A stretch of 64,000 bases of DNA, from NCBI RefSeq assembly GCF_009914755.1, contig NC_060927.1; one strand, given 5' to 3'. Both the position numbers and the translations under genes were made by a program. Source of the DNA: the human T2T-CHM13v2.0 reference genome, Homo sapiens. Below, one piece after another: positions 1 through 13,080 of the stretch. The notes under the pieces were generated by a model. It worked only from the letters and a program-made list of their open reading frames with translations. It searched no databases and was not told the DNA's origin. Position 1 is the stretch's first letter; every line of letters starts with the position of its first letter.

Positions 1-19
1 GCCACTATTGCTTATTCTT

Positions 20-165
20 TTATGGCCTGTCTCCCTCTGCTAGAATGAAAGCCAGTAGAGCAGATATTCTATTTTTTTTCACTGCTATATTCCCAGCACC
101 TTGAACAGTGTTTATCACAGAACAAATACTTAGTAGATATTGTGGAATACGTGAATGAATGGATG
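20..165 (+). mobile_element. L2 LINE 3' end fragment
   Basis: ctagaatg...ttcactgctatattcccagcacc...gaacagtg...gaatgaatgg resembles the L2 3' terminus. Confidence 0.7.
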
Positions 166-507
166 CAGTGTACAGTCTAGTGGTACAGGTAGCCAATTAG
201 CCAGGACACAAACAAAGAAGTAAGAGCAACTAGAAAACAAAGAAGCTGAAGTGATAGAGGAATGGGCATTTGGGGTTTAGGGAAGACCTACTAATAAGGG
301 AAGTCAAGGAGAATTTCTAGAGATTGACTTTTCAGCCATGACCTGGAGGATGGAAAGGAGCCAGCCCTTGATGGGACAAAAGGGAACTGGGAGAAGAGTG
401 CTTCACAGAGAGGGAACAGAGAGTGAGGGAAAGCTCCAGGTCATGAAAACCTGGGCGCGTTCCAGAAACTGCATAGTGAGCAAAAAGATCATAGTGAGCA
501 AAAAGAT

Positions 508-645
508 CTTGGGGATGATAGAGATATTCTTTACCTTGCTTTAGGTGGCATATACACAGGTGTATACATTTTTGAAAACTCATAGAATTGTACCCTTAAG
601 ATCTTGCATTTCACTATGTGCAAATTTTATCTCAATAAAAATAAT
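508..645 (+). mobile_element. Old L1M (L1MC/ME-type) 3' terminal fragment
   Basis: ggggatgatagagatattc...aactcatagaattgtac...cactatgtgcaaattttatctcaataaaa. Confidence 0.7.
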
Positions 646-1533
646 GCATCATTAATAATTACATCAAAAAAAGAAAAACTACAAAAAAACTACAACAGAG
701 TTGCAATATTCATGTAGATAGATGAGCTCTATAGGTCTGCAGCCTGCATTGAGGCCACTTCCTGGCTGCTTGTGGACAGTGCCTGGCCACAGCTTCAAGA
801 AGGTCTGGATACACTCAAATGAAGCCTCTCAGGAAAAAAAAAACATGGGTCCAGAGTGACTCTGGGTGAGGAGGGAAGAGGAAGAGGGTTTTGCATGATT
901 TGGTGGGATTTACTTCTCTATGGGATGGCTCTGAGAGAAGAGGTGACCAAGAGGTGAAAGAAATCAGCCCGTTTATACCCTAACATCTGTTGACATAAGG
1001 TTGACTGAGGACGTGCCTGGGGTCTGAGCAAGATGAAGCTCAGCTGAGCACTTCTCCTAGCTGGGGCTGTGATAGAAGGTTATGCGTACTCTACTCTATA
1101 TATACCTTTATAGGTCTATGCCTGCTCAGGATTGTTTGGCAGATGGAGGACATGGTGTCAAGCCTGGCAGCACAGCATGAAAGCAAAGCATGCATGCATC
1201 CATTCTCACTCAGAGCAGCTTTCAGCCACTGGAAACATAAAACACTTCTGTAGCTCTGAACCCATCTATGTGTGTGTTGATATGTGCCAAGCCTTCTCTA
1301 GATATGCCTTCGGGAGTCAGTATAGCCTACCAGCCAGGAGAGTGCTGAGGGTGCTAGATGTAGACAGATGGCTGAGTTTTCACACCTTCAAGGTGAAGGA
1401 GCAGTGAGCAAAAGAATAACCTTTTGGGAGACTCTCAAGAACATCTAAAGATAGATATGCAATCTCTAAGGGACTGCTGGTGCTCAAACTGAGCTCTCAT
1501 CCCAAACTAAGTTCTTGTGGCAGCTAGGTAGCT

Positions 1534-1565
1534 TTCATTCATTCATTCATTCATTCATTCATTCA
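1534..1565. repeat. (TTCA)n microsatellite
   Basis: About 8 TTCA units read directly. Confidence 0.9.
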
Positions 1566-2240
1566 CACAGTCACAATTCATTTGTTACCAAACAATATAC
1601 ATAATATTATATATAGTTATCATTTTACAGATATCATTCCCTTAGTTATCCATTCAGCTTCAATGAGAACTGTGTAAATGGTTTTCACTTACCTAACTTT
1701 CAAACAAAACCCTGTCATTGGTTTTCCATCTCCAACTCTTTAAGTTTCAAACTTGGTCAATATTTTTCTTAACCAAATCATTTATCTATTGTTTTTAGTC
1801 AATGTAATTTTTTTTTCCCTTTAACTCATTTAGCGAGAGCAAGTTCACTGTGGATAGTGGAGGAGGGAAGAATATGGCATCTTATGTCTTTAAGCCTTGC
1901 CTTCCTCTGGCTCCTTTCTCAGAATCTTTATCCACAGAAAGGCTAACTGTTCTTAGACTTGGGAAAAACAAACCTCTTAGAACTAGGCTTCTCCCATGAG
2001 TGGGTTTTTATTGGTTTGTTTCCTAATAGGTGTGGCAAAACCTCTTTCCTACCTTGCTGCACCTTTTTCACTGGAGTTGGCTGCAGCTTGGACAGTACGC
2101 CACAACCAGAGTCTCTTGGATAAGTGACTGTCAGCAACAGCTTGAGAAACAAACTGTCAGAAAAGGATTATTTTTCTCCAAATGGGAGGCTAAGGCTTCA
2201 TCTCTCTTCCTTGTCTTTGTATACATTTGACACATAATTG

Positions 2241-2477
2241 GTTTTTGTTGTTGTTGTTGTTGTTGTTGTTAGAAACAGGGTTTTATTTTTGAAAACAGAA
2301 AAAGCAAACAATATTTTAAAAATACAGTCTATCGATGTCATCATATTTGGCTTGGAATACACAAGAATCCAGTGACTGAAATGTCTGTTCTAAAAACATA
2401 AACATTTTCTTATATCAGTTCCAACCCCTTTTAATTTAATAAATATTTTCTGAATGAAATACAACTGGATAATGAAG
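2241..2477 (-). pseudogene. Possible retroposed mRNA 3'-end fragment of unknown parent
   Basis: On the minus strand, AATAAA (2282-87) is followed ~11 nt later by an (AAC)n A-rich tail (2241-2270); weak flanking repeat tgacaca at 2228-34 and 2478-84. Confidence 0.4.
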
Positions 2478-2939
2478 TGACACAGTTTTTTTCTTGTGAA
2501 TTGAATCTTTCGTTATGACTAGCTCTAAGTGAGGAGATCATCTGGATTATTTTGTCAAACAACTGCCTGATAACTAAATGAAGATCTACATGGTGTGATT
2601 TTTACAATCCTGTGAAGACCCCATCTGACTTTCTCCTTTGAGATTGCCTGCTTGCTGCTGCCTAAACTTTTCCTATTAGAAATTAACTCCTCTGATATGA
2701 GGTCATATGCCTTATGAAATACAAATATCCTGAGAGAGATAACACATAAACTTTATCAACCATTTTTGGTTTTAATGGATCTGTCATATCTCTTCTTGAC
2801 AGAGAGCATATTTTAATAGATAGGAGAATGAAAATAAATATGAAGGCATATATTAGCTCCTTGTGAAGAAAATATACTTGTTGGGAAGTGCAGGAGTGTA
2901 GAGAAAAGAGTAAGAGCAGAGAAAGAGGAGGGTTTCTAA

Positions 2940-3655
2940 ATTGTCATATTCCTTGACCCAGTAATTCTATTTCTGATGGGCCAACCTAAAGAAATAACAA
3001 TAAACATGAAACAAAGATGTATGTGTAAAGATAGTCATTGCAGTATTCTTTAAAACAAAATAAAATGAAAGCAATCTAGATGTCCAATGATAAGGGTATG
3101 GATAAATACATATGATATGCCTTTAGGGAGCAATGGTCCAGCCATTAAAATTATGCTTCTGAAGAATTTTTAATAGCGTCAGAAAAAAGTCTGAACAATA
3201 TTGTACATTTTCTGTTTGGAAACAGAAAAACCAAACAATGTTTTTAAAATGCAGTCTATTGATGTCATCATATTTGACTTGGAATACCTGAGAATGCAGT
3301 GACTGAAATGTGTGTTCTAAAAACAGAAACATTTTTTATATCAGTACCAACTCCCTTTAATTTAATAAATTTAATATTCCAAACAATATTGTACAACAGT
3401 ACATTGTACTGTTTTTTTGTGTATTTTATGTATAGACACACATACCGTACATATATAGTATAATCTCAAATATCTAAAAGATAGGCATGCATATAGCATA
3501 CATATATAGTATGATCTGAAATATCTAAGAGATAGATGTATATAGAAAAGACTGACTATATATGTTTATGTGTGTGTGTTTGTATTAATAGCAGTGGGAT
3601 TTGGGGTATTTATTTTCTTTGATAATTTTCTATATTTTCCAGATTAAAAATAAAT
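2940..3655 (+). mobile_element. L1ME-type 3' region, interrupted
   Basis: gacccagtaattctatttc...aaagatgtatgtgtaaagat...caatctagatgtccaatgataggg...ggataaata. Confidence 0.65.
3208..3381. repeat. Second copy of the ~154 bp segment 2291-2444, inserted in an L1ME and flanked by 14 bp direct repeats
   Basis: 3218-3370 aligns to 2291-2444 (about 17 differences by eye); aacaatattgtaca at 3194-3207 and 3382-3395. Confidence 0.85.
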
Positions 3656-4288
3656 GGGAATTGTTAGAGAAAACATTATTTTCAATATTTGTATTTTGAC
3701 ATTGTCTAAAAAGGGAGATTCCTTCAGATATGATAGTTTTTTCCTGTGGCTGCTAGGCAGGCATTGATAGTTATCATGTACTTCATGGATCTGACTGGAC
3801 CTTTTGAGAACAGCTACCATTCCTCCATAAAAGCAATGTCTAATTCATTAGTGAAATGACTGCATAGGTTTCTGAAAAAAAATGTGGGCATTTGACTAAA
3901 CTTGAATCTGTGGGACAGTTTTTCAGAATTGAATCTTACAAGATATTCCTCATGTCTCTAAGGCATGTTATTATAATGGAGGGGTTTGTGGCTATGGAGG
4001 AAGGAGACTTGAAGAACATTTAAGTTCATCAACAAAGAAGCCGTTGTTATTTTCACAGCATTTGAAAATCTGGCTTCCCAGCACTTGGCTGAGATGACTG
4101 AAGGCTGGTGACACTGTAATTTGGCATCTAGCAAGATGCAGTTACTCTCTCAGGCCACTTAGCTCCAGTAAAGTTCAATTTAAATTATGAAACAGGGAAG
4201 AAATGCAAAAGTTCCAATCAGCAGCATAATTCTCAATCACACTGGCCATAATATGCTCCTGAAAGATGTTTTCTTTGACTGAATCTTT

Positions 4289-4436
4289 GCTACGCCTGGC
4301 TGATTTTTGTATTTTTAGTCAAGTCGGGGTTTGACCATGTTGGCCAGTCTGGTCTTGAACTTCTGACCTCAGGTGATCTGCCCACCTTGGACTCCCAAAA
4401 TGCTGGGATTACAGGCGTGAGCCACTGTGCCCAGCC
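4289..4436 (-). mobile_element. AluS left-arm fragment
   Basis: ctgacctcaggtgatctgccc...gggattacaggcgtgagccactgtgcccagcc. Confidence 0.9.
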
Positions 4437-4794
4437 ATAAATTCTTAATTTTCCTTAGTATAACCACAAACCTGAAAATAATTAATACTTTTCCCAGATC
4501 ATTAGGATGCTGTTTTGGATTATTTCAAGCCTGCTTGGTGGAGGACAAATTTATTTTGTATTGAAGACAATATTTTTAATCAAATACAGTTCTGTGATTT
4601 CCCCAACCGTTATGGGGGAAGTCTGACTCTTAATGAGGGTTAAGGTAAATGACGAGTGGTATTCTTAGATTTAGCACTCCTTGAAGACCATACATTTCCA
4701 AAGAAGAGCTAGTTGTTCTCCAAGGGAAAAAATGCATTAGATTTCTGCTGTATTGACTAAATTGTAAATTGAATAAAATATTTCTTTTATTCTA

Positions 4795-5115
4795 ATAGCA
4801 TTTACTATGTTTATAGATTTAATATGTATTTATTATAGATAATTTGGAAAAGACATAAGCACACGAAGGAGACAATAAAGATCACTCATAATTTAATCTT
4901 TTAGTCAAAACCACTGCTAACATTTTTTTGTATGTTTTTGCCATGACAGATAGAGCAATAAATCTAGAGATTGTTATGGAGAGAGTGATGTAGATATACA
5001 TAAAGTTATTTTTCTTTTTAAAAATAGGATTATACTGAAATAATTTTGGAACCAGATTTTTTTTTCGCCTAAATGTAGTAAGAACATTTTTCCATGTTAT
5101 TAAGTATCCTTCTAC
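4795..5115 (-). mobile_element. Degenerate L1ME 3' fragment
   Basis: aagatcactcataat...accactgctaacattttttgtatg motif typical of antisense L1ME. Confidence 0.5.
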
Positions 5116-5154
5116 CATACAGGGAAAATAAACATTTCTCCCTTATTTTGACAG

Positions 5155-5215
5155 GACAGTGATATCGAAGCGTTGGCCAGGTGTTTGGAAAATGTCCTGG
5201 GTTGCACTTCTCTAG
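5155..5215 (+). CDS. NEK11: NEK11 internal coding exon, 61 nt, phase 0 to 1, encoding DSDIEALARCLENVLGCTSL(D)
   Basis: Acceptor ttctcccttattttgacAG (5153-54) and donor GTGAGT (5216); open frame matches recalled NEK11 ...RTNQQ-DSDIEALARCLENVLGCTSL-DTKT... Confidence 0.95.
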
Positions 5216-6244
5216 GTGAGTAAGTTCCTTTAGGCTTCAAAATACATTGACAGCTACTGATTATCTTGGAATAACTTGGAAGAAATCTTACAGGTGTTTA
5301 AGTCTGATATCTTAGTATAACAGATGAAGAAACTGAGGCCAATAGAAGTTGAATGTCTGACCCAAAAGCCAGGAAACTCAAAGAAAAATTGCTTATTATT
5401 ATTGTAAGTAACTCTTAGTCTCCAAGGATGAAATAATTGAAATTCAGTGGTCCCTTGTGATCAAATGGCAGCCTAGCAGTGCATAATAACAAGTTTGTGC
5501 AGTTTCTGGAAAAAGGAACCTCCCTACCTAACTTGTCTTTTAGAAGCAGAGAGCACAGTACATTCAGTTAAGCTGGGAGGACCATCACTCCGAAGGTCAG
5601 TCAGTTATTTGAAGAGATTTGGTCTGAAAAACAAAACTAAAACTTGTTTAGCATTGTCAGTCTCAATAAATAGGATTGCTATGCTTCAGGGATAAAGCCC
5701 TATTTCTTAGTTTCTTCTATTTTTTTTTTAATCTGAGAAGCCTAACTGAGATACACTCTAGCACTAGATGATAAACAGTGACACAGAGTATTCTTACTAG
5801 ATGAAAAGGGCTGAGATATTTTTTTCTTCTAAATTTGATTACAAGTTTTTATTTAAAAAATTTAAACTCTAAACCAAAAGCAATCTCTTCAAAGGGAATG
5901 GCAGGGTAAAAACAAACAATTAAGTTTTCAGGTGGGCAAACATTCACTCTTTTATTAGGAGCTTTATGCACAATTTATAGCCTTTTTCTAGCTTATTCCA
6001 CATCTCCATATGGGAAACCTCAGTCATAACATAAGTCTTTGATTTTCTCACCTGACCATCACCCTGTGATCTGTTTAATTGTATATCAAATACACTTATT
6101 TGATGCATTTAACATTTAACAAGTACATTTAACATCGAAGCATGACTTAAGACCAGGAAGGCTTTTTCCTCTCTGGACCTTAGATTAGATGACTAATTTT
6201 CAATCTAGGCTCCTTAGAGACCTCCAGGATGAGGGGTTGGTGGT

Positions 6245-6647
<403 letters not shown>

Positions 6648-6664
6648 TATATATTATTGTTATA

Positions 6665-7813
6665 ATTTCTATAAAGTAAAGGGGTACAGTGCAGTTTTCT
6701 TACACAGATATATTGCACAGTGGTAAAGTCTGGGCTTTTGGTGTAATCATCACCTGAATATGGTACATTATACCCATTAAGTAATTTTTTTATCACTCAC
6801 CTCTCTCCCAACTTCCCACTCTTCTGAGTCTCCAACGTCCGTTACTCCACACTGTATATCCATATGTACACATTATTTAGCTCCCACTTATAAGTGAGAA
6901 CATTGGTATTTGACATTCTGTTTCTGAGTTGTTTCACTTAAGATAATGGCCTCCAGTTCTTTCTATGTTGCTGCAAAATTCATGATTTTATTCTTTTTTT
7001 GTGGTTGAATAGTATTCCATTGTGTGTGTGTGTGTGTGTGTGTGTGTACTGTTATCCAATCGTCCTTTGACGGACACTTAGGTTGGTTCCATATCTTTGC
7101 TGTTGTGAATAGTGCTGCAATAAACATAAAAGTGCAGGTATCTTTTTGATATAATGATATAATGATCTTTTCCTTTGGGTATATACCCAGTAGTGGGATT
7201 GCTAGATTGAATGGTAGTTCTTTGAGCAATCTCCATACTATTTTTCATACAGGTTGTACAAATTTATATTCCTACCAAAATACTGTATAAATGTTCCTTT
7301 TTCTCTGTATCCTCATCAACATCTGTTATTTTTTGTCTTTTTAGTAATAGCCATTCTGACTGGTGTAAGATACCTTCTTGTGGTTTTAATTTGCATTTAT
7401 CTGATGATTAGTGATGTTGAACATTTTTTCATATGTCTTTTGCCCATTTATGTCTTCTTCTTTTGAAAAATGTCTGTTCATGCATGTCTTTTGCCCACTT
7501 TTTATTCGAGTTAGTTGGGGTTTTTTTGTTTTTTGTTTTTTTGTTTGTTTGTTTGTTTTTGGTGATGGTTGTTTGAGTCCCTCATAAATTCTGGATATTA
7601 GTCCCTGCCAGATTGATAGTTTGCAAATATTTTCTCCTGTTCTGCAGATTGTTTGTTTATGCTGTTGATTTGTTTCTTTTGCTACACAGAAACATTTTAG
7701 TTTAATTAAGTCCCATTTGTCTATTTTTGGTTTTGTTGCTTATGCTCTTGTAGTCTTAGTCATGAATTCTTTGCATAGACCAATGTCCAGAAGAGTTTTC
7801 CCTAGGTTTTCTT
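6665..7813 (-). mobile_element. L1PB-type (PB3/PB4-like) 3' end
   Basis: ggggtacagtgcagttttc...gtggtaaagtctgggcttttg terminus; ORF2 C-terminal peptide in ORF 6963..7229. Confidence 0.85.
7021..7047. repeat. (TG)13 microsatellite
   Basis: Direct reading. Confidence 0.95.
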
Positions 7814-7825
7814 TAAACAAAAAAA

Positions 7826-10078
7826 TTTTTTTTATTCCAATAGGTTTTTGGGGAACAGTTGGTGTTTGGCCACATGAATAAGTTCTTTAATGGCAATTTA
7901 TGAGATTTTGGTGCACCCATCACCCTAGCAGTGAACACTGTACCCAGCGTGTAGCCTTTTATCCCTCACCTCCCTCACCCTTTCCCCACAAGTCCCTAAA
8001 GTCCAAATGTATCATTCTTATGCCTTTGTGTCCTCATAGCTTAGCTCTCACATGAGTGAGAATATAGGATGTTTGGTTTTCCATTCCTGAACTACTTCAC
8101 TTACAATAACAGTCTCCATTTCCATCCAGGTTGCTGCAAATGCCATTATTTCATTCCTTTTTATGGCTGAATAGTATTCCGTGGTGTGTGTACCACATGT
8201 GTATGTGTATCACATTTTCTTTATCCACTCATTGATCGATGGACATTTGGGCTGGTTCCATATTTTTGCAATTGCAAATTGTGCTGCTATAAACATGCAT
8301 GTGCATCTTTTTCATATAATTACTTCTTTTCCTCTAGGTAGATACCTAGTAATGGGATTGCTGGCTCAAATGGAAGATCTACTTTTAGTCCTTTAAATAA
8401 TTTTCATACTGTTTTCCATAGTGGTTGTACTAATTTACATTCCCATCAACAGAGTAAAAGTGTTCCCTTTTCACTGCATCCATGTCAATATCTATTATTT
8501 TCTGATTTTTAAAATTATGGCCATTTTTGCAGGAGTGAGGTGGTATCACATTATGGTTTTTATTTGCATTTCCCTGATACTTAGTGATGTTGAGCATTTT
8601 TTCATATGCTTGTTGGCCATTTGTATATCTTCTTTTGAGAATTGTCTACTTATGTCCTTAGCCCACTTTTTGATGGGATTTTTTTTTGTTTTCTTCTTGC
8701 TGACTTGTTTGAGTTCTTTGTAGATTCTGAATATTAGTGCTTTGTTGGATGTATAGATTGTAAAGGTTTTCTTCCACTCTGTGGGTTGTCTGTTAATTCT
8801 GCTGTTTATTTCTTTTGCTGTGCAGAAGCTTTTTAGTTTAATTAAGTCCCATCTATTTATCTTTGTTTTTGATGCATTTGCTTTCAGGTTCTTGGTAATG
8901 AAGTATTTGGCTAAGCCAGTGTCTACACGGGTTTTTTCTGATGTTATCTTCTAGAATCTTTATGGTTTCGGTCTTACATTTAAGTCTTTGATCCATCTTC
9001 AGTTGATTTTTGTATAAGGTGAGAGATGAGGATCCAGTTTCATTCTTCTACATGTGACTTGCCAATTATCCCAGCACGATTTGTTGAATAGGGTGTCCAT
9101 TTCCTACTTTATGTTTTTGTTTGCTTTGTTGAATATCAGTTAGCTATAAGTATATGGCTTTATTTCTGGATTCTCTATTCTGACCCATTGGTTTTTGTGC
9201 CTGTTTTTATACCAGTACCATGTTGTTTTGATGACTATGGCCTTATAATATAGTATAGTTTGAAGTCAGGTAATGTGATGCCTCCAGATTTATTCTTTTT
9301 TCTTAGTCTTGCTTTGGGTATGCAGGCTCTTTTTTGGTTTCATATGAATTTTAGAGTTTCTTTTTATAGTTCTGTGAAGAATGATGGTGGTATTTGATGG
9401 GAATTGCATTGAAGTCATTTTCACAATGTTGATTCTCTCCATCCATGAGCGTGGGATGTGTTTCCATTTGTTTGCATCATCTATGATTTCTTTCATTAGT
9501 GTTTTGTAGTTTTCCTTGTAGAAATTTTTCACTTATTTGGTTAAATGTATTCCTAGGGTTTTTTTTTTTTTGTAGCTATTGTAAATGGAATTGCCTTCTT
9601 GATTTGGTTCTTAATGTGATTGTTATTGGTGTACAGAAATGCCATAGATTTTGGTATGTTTATTTTGTATCCTGAAATTTTACTTAATTTGTTCATCTAA
9701 TCTAACAGTTTTTGGAGAAGTCTAGTGTTTTCTAGGTATAAGATCATATGATCAGCAAACTGAGATAATTTGACTTTCTTTTTTCCAATTTGGGTGCTAT
9801 TTATTTTTCTCTTGCTTGGTTGCTCTGGGTAGGACTCCTAGTACTGTGTGGAACAGGAGTAATGAAAGTGGGCATTCTTGACTTGTACCAGGTTTAGGAG
9901 AATTGCTTTCAACTTTTCCCCATTCAGTATGATGTTGGCTGTAGATGTGTCATATATGGCCTTTATTATTTTGAGGTAGGTTTCTTTTATGCCTCATTTA
10001 TAGAAGGTTTTATCATGATAGAATGCTGACTTTTTTCAAATGCTTTTTCTGCATCTATATAGATGATCATATGGTTCT
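7826..10078 (-). mobile_element. L1PB1/PB2-like 3' end plus degenerate ORF2
   Basis: caataggtttttggggaacag...gagattttggtgcacccatcacc terminus; ORF2 peptide in ORF 9290..9532. Confidence 0.88.
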
Positions 10079-10080
10079 TA

Positions 10081-10175
10081 AAAAATTTATGTGGGTACAT
10101 AGTAGGTGTTTGTGTTTATGGAGTACATGAGATTTTTTAAATAGGCATACAATACATAATAATCATATCATGGAA
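10081..10175 (-). mobile_element. L1MA-type extreme 3' end
   Basis: gtgggtacatagtaggtg...gagtacatgagat...aataatcatatcatgg. Confidence 0.75.
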
Positions 10176-10520
10176 GCTGAGGTTTGGGTCTGGAAAAATG
10201 CTTGGGGCACTTCCTGGAGCCTTTCTTTCTTACAGCCTGCCAGCCTTTCTCCAAGTTAGCACCAGGGCTGGTGAGGGACAAGGTGCTCTTCCATGGCCTG
10301 GATTGCATGGTCCCCCCGTGGAAAGCTGGATCACAGAGAAACAGTCTCTCTCACTCTCCCATATTAGGGCTTTACTCACAGTTCTCAGTCAGTTGTTGGC
10401 ATGCAGGCTGTCTACCCATCCTCTCTTCACTGGGATCTTTCCTTTTCCAGTGAATTCCTCTGTTCTTTCTTGAATAAAAGATTATAGTGTGAATCTCTGT
10501 GCACTATTTTGCTTTTTCCA
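10176..10520 (-). mobile_element. Probable old L1 5'UTR fragment
   Basis: GC-richer stretch abutting the L1 pieces that resembles antisense L1PB/L1M 5' ends. Confidence 0.45.
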
Positions 10521-10844
10521 TGTGAAATATTTAAAAATATTTTTAGGAGAAATTAGATGCAGACCCTGTTCTTTTACCAGTTTCAACCAAAATTATCTTC
10601 ACTCTTATCTGTTTTATAAATTGAATTTCTATAAAAGATTGTGTCTGGAAAAAGATAGATTCCACTGCTAAAAATTGAAATAGCACTGATTGAATAGTTA
10701 ATATCCAAATTCCTTTCTAGGCTGGGTGTTTTTTTTTTCCTTAAAGAAATGAGCATTAGAATCATGGAGTAAAAATACACATTTATCTCTGCTTGAAGTC
10801 CCACTAACATGACAAAAAAGGAAAAAAGCTAATATAAACCTACA

Positions 10845-13080
10845 GAAAAAAAAGAGAACATAAGAGGAGATGGAAGCAGATGAGAGCTTTAGTGAACTTG
10901 AGAAAGATATAAAGCAGATAGATGAGTGATAACTGATTTAGAAAACAGAGAAAGCTGAAAGCTAAGTGCCTAAGATGTATATAGGAAAGAAGGGAAGGTA
11001 AGGTGTAGGCTAGGAGAAGCAAGGCAACTGAACCTACAGAATCTCATAAATGCTCGAGATTTGGAGGCCTCAACTACCGCTGAAGGCATGGTATAGGTGA
11101 AGATTAAAATGGGAAGATTGGTTGACAGTGTGCGTAAGGAGAAATAGACCCCAGGTGCCTTTCTCTCCACTGGCACAGCCACAATATTCCTCTCCACAGT
11201 CAAGACAGAAGAAAACAGACTCGATTTGGGGGAACATTGAATCAGGAAGGTTTTAGGGACACCAAAGGACAGGGTGATGTGATGTGATGAAAACAAAGAG
11301 ATGAGTTGAAAGTCTTCATATTAAGTTATGAAACCCCCAGATACCATTCCTACTTGGCTTCTGAAACACTGGAAGAACAGCATGGACTCCTTCAGGTTCA
11401 GAAAAGCATGGACTCTTTAGAAGATATCTCTCTGACAGCATTTACCAGCCTGAGAATCCTAAGGATGTTAACATTTCCTCAACAAAATGGTGGGAATGAG
11501 CGCTACCAGTTGACAATCTCTGAATCTGCAGAAAGAGCTTAAACTGACTTTTAATTTTTCACACTTAAATGTGAACATGTAGCAATGCAGTAGCCAGTAT
11601 CTGAGGAAATCTAACCAAAAAGAGAAATCAAGACAAAAATATACAAAGAACTCAGGAAACAGACAATGTAGACAAGAAAATAAAAATTCAAAAACTGTGT
11701 ATCCACAAAAGTTTTTTAAAATAAAAAATTAAAGAAACAATATTAAAATTCTAAAAGATAGCAGAGAAAGTATTACCTCTGTGAAGCAAATCATACAGAG
11801 AATAAGAAAGAGCTCTTAAAGTTATAATTTTAATGGCAGAAATAAAAATTCAGTAGAAGGTTTGGAAGATAAAAGTGAGGAAATTTACCAGAATATAATT
11901 AATAAATGGTAAGAAAACAAAGTGATTCATCTACGTGATTCAGCACCTAACAAATAGAAATTCCAGGAAAAAAGAACAGAAAATGAAAAAAATTATCAAA
12001 TAAATAAGAAAAATATCTAGAGAGAATCAAACAGACCACTTATAAAGTATCAGAGAAAAGAGTGGTGTCTTATTTTTCAACAATAACTAAAAGCTAGAAG
12101 ATAATAAAGTTTGAACCTACAAATATTTATCTATCCAAACTATCAATCAAGTGTGAGAAAGGAAGAAAGACATTTGCAGGCATCCAATATCAAAAATGAG
12201 GTCTGAAAAATATCTACCTCCCATGACTTTACTTAGGAAGTTCCTAGAGGATATGCGTCATCAAACCTAAGAGTCAATCAAGAAAGAGGAAGACATGAAC
12301 TTCAGGTGATAGGAAATCCAATATAGGAGAGAGGTTAAGGGGATTCCCAGAATGAGAGTAAAGAAAGGTCACTGAACGATAGGTGGGCAACAGGCCTGGG
12401 AAATAATCCATTCAGACTAGAATGAGTCAGAGAATTCCAAGGGGTAAATAAATATCTCCTAGAGAGGAATGGAACTAATGGATAACCCATTTGGATTTTA
12501 TCATAATGAGAGGAGTTTGCAGTTCCTTTGGTGAGTTTAGGGATGAATTAGAAGTTATTAGAAAACTAAACAAAGTGAAAAATCCAGGGCAATTATGAAC
12601 TCCTGGAAAAACAAAAAGTCATTTTTTAAAAAGAAAATGTAATCTGCACACACTGAGTGCTTAGCTGTATACAATATTTGCATAGTCATAATAATTTTTT
12701 TTAAATGTGATGTAACTATATTGGAAAGATGGAGGGAAGAAAAATATTTGTAAGTGTATGTGTGCATCTGTGTGTGTGTGTATAACAGAGAGAGGAAAGA
12801 AAGAACAAAATTAACATTCCCTATTTATAGTAGGAAGTCCAAAACAGATTGTCTAAAACAGAAAAGTTTAAAAAAAATAGTTGTATAAACATGTGCTATA
12901 GAGAGATAAAGGTAAATACAAAAAAAAAAAAAAACAAGTTAAAGAGTTGAATATGGTTGACTTTGGAGACTGGAACTTGAAGGTGAGGCAGGAAGCTTTC
13001 TTGTTTTTAACATTAAAAGCTTTGACTTAAAAAAGTACTAGGTACATGAATTCTTAGATTAGAAGTCAATTTTTAAAAAG
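10845..13080 (+). mobile_element. HAL1 (half-L1) element, degenerate
   Basis: A-rich ORF1-like remnant (aattcagtagaaggtttggaagataaaagtgaggaaat; aaactatcaatcaagtgtgag; caagaaagaggaagacatg) with no ORF2. Confidence 0.75.

Noticed and set aside
472-507. 18 bp perfect tandem repeat catagtgagcaaaaagat x2
   Set aside because: Two adjacent copies with no spacer; ordinary slippage duplication
2291-2444. Duplicated segment as tandem intronic C/D snoRNAs (ATGATGA on the minus strand)
   Set aside because: The box C-like motif is antisense to the host gene and has no downstream CTGA or terminal stem
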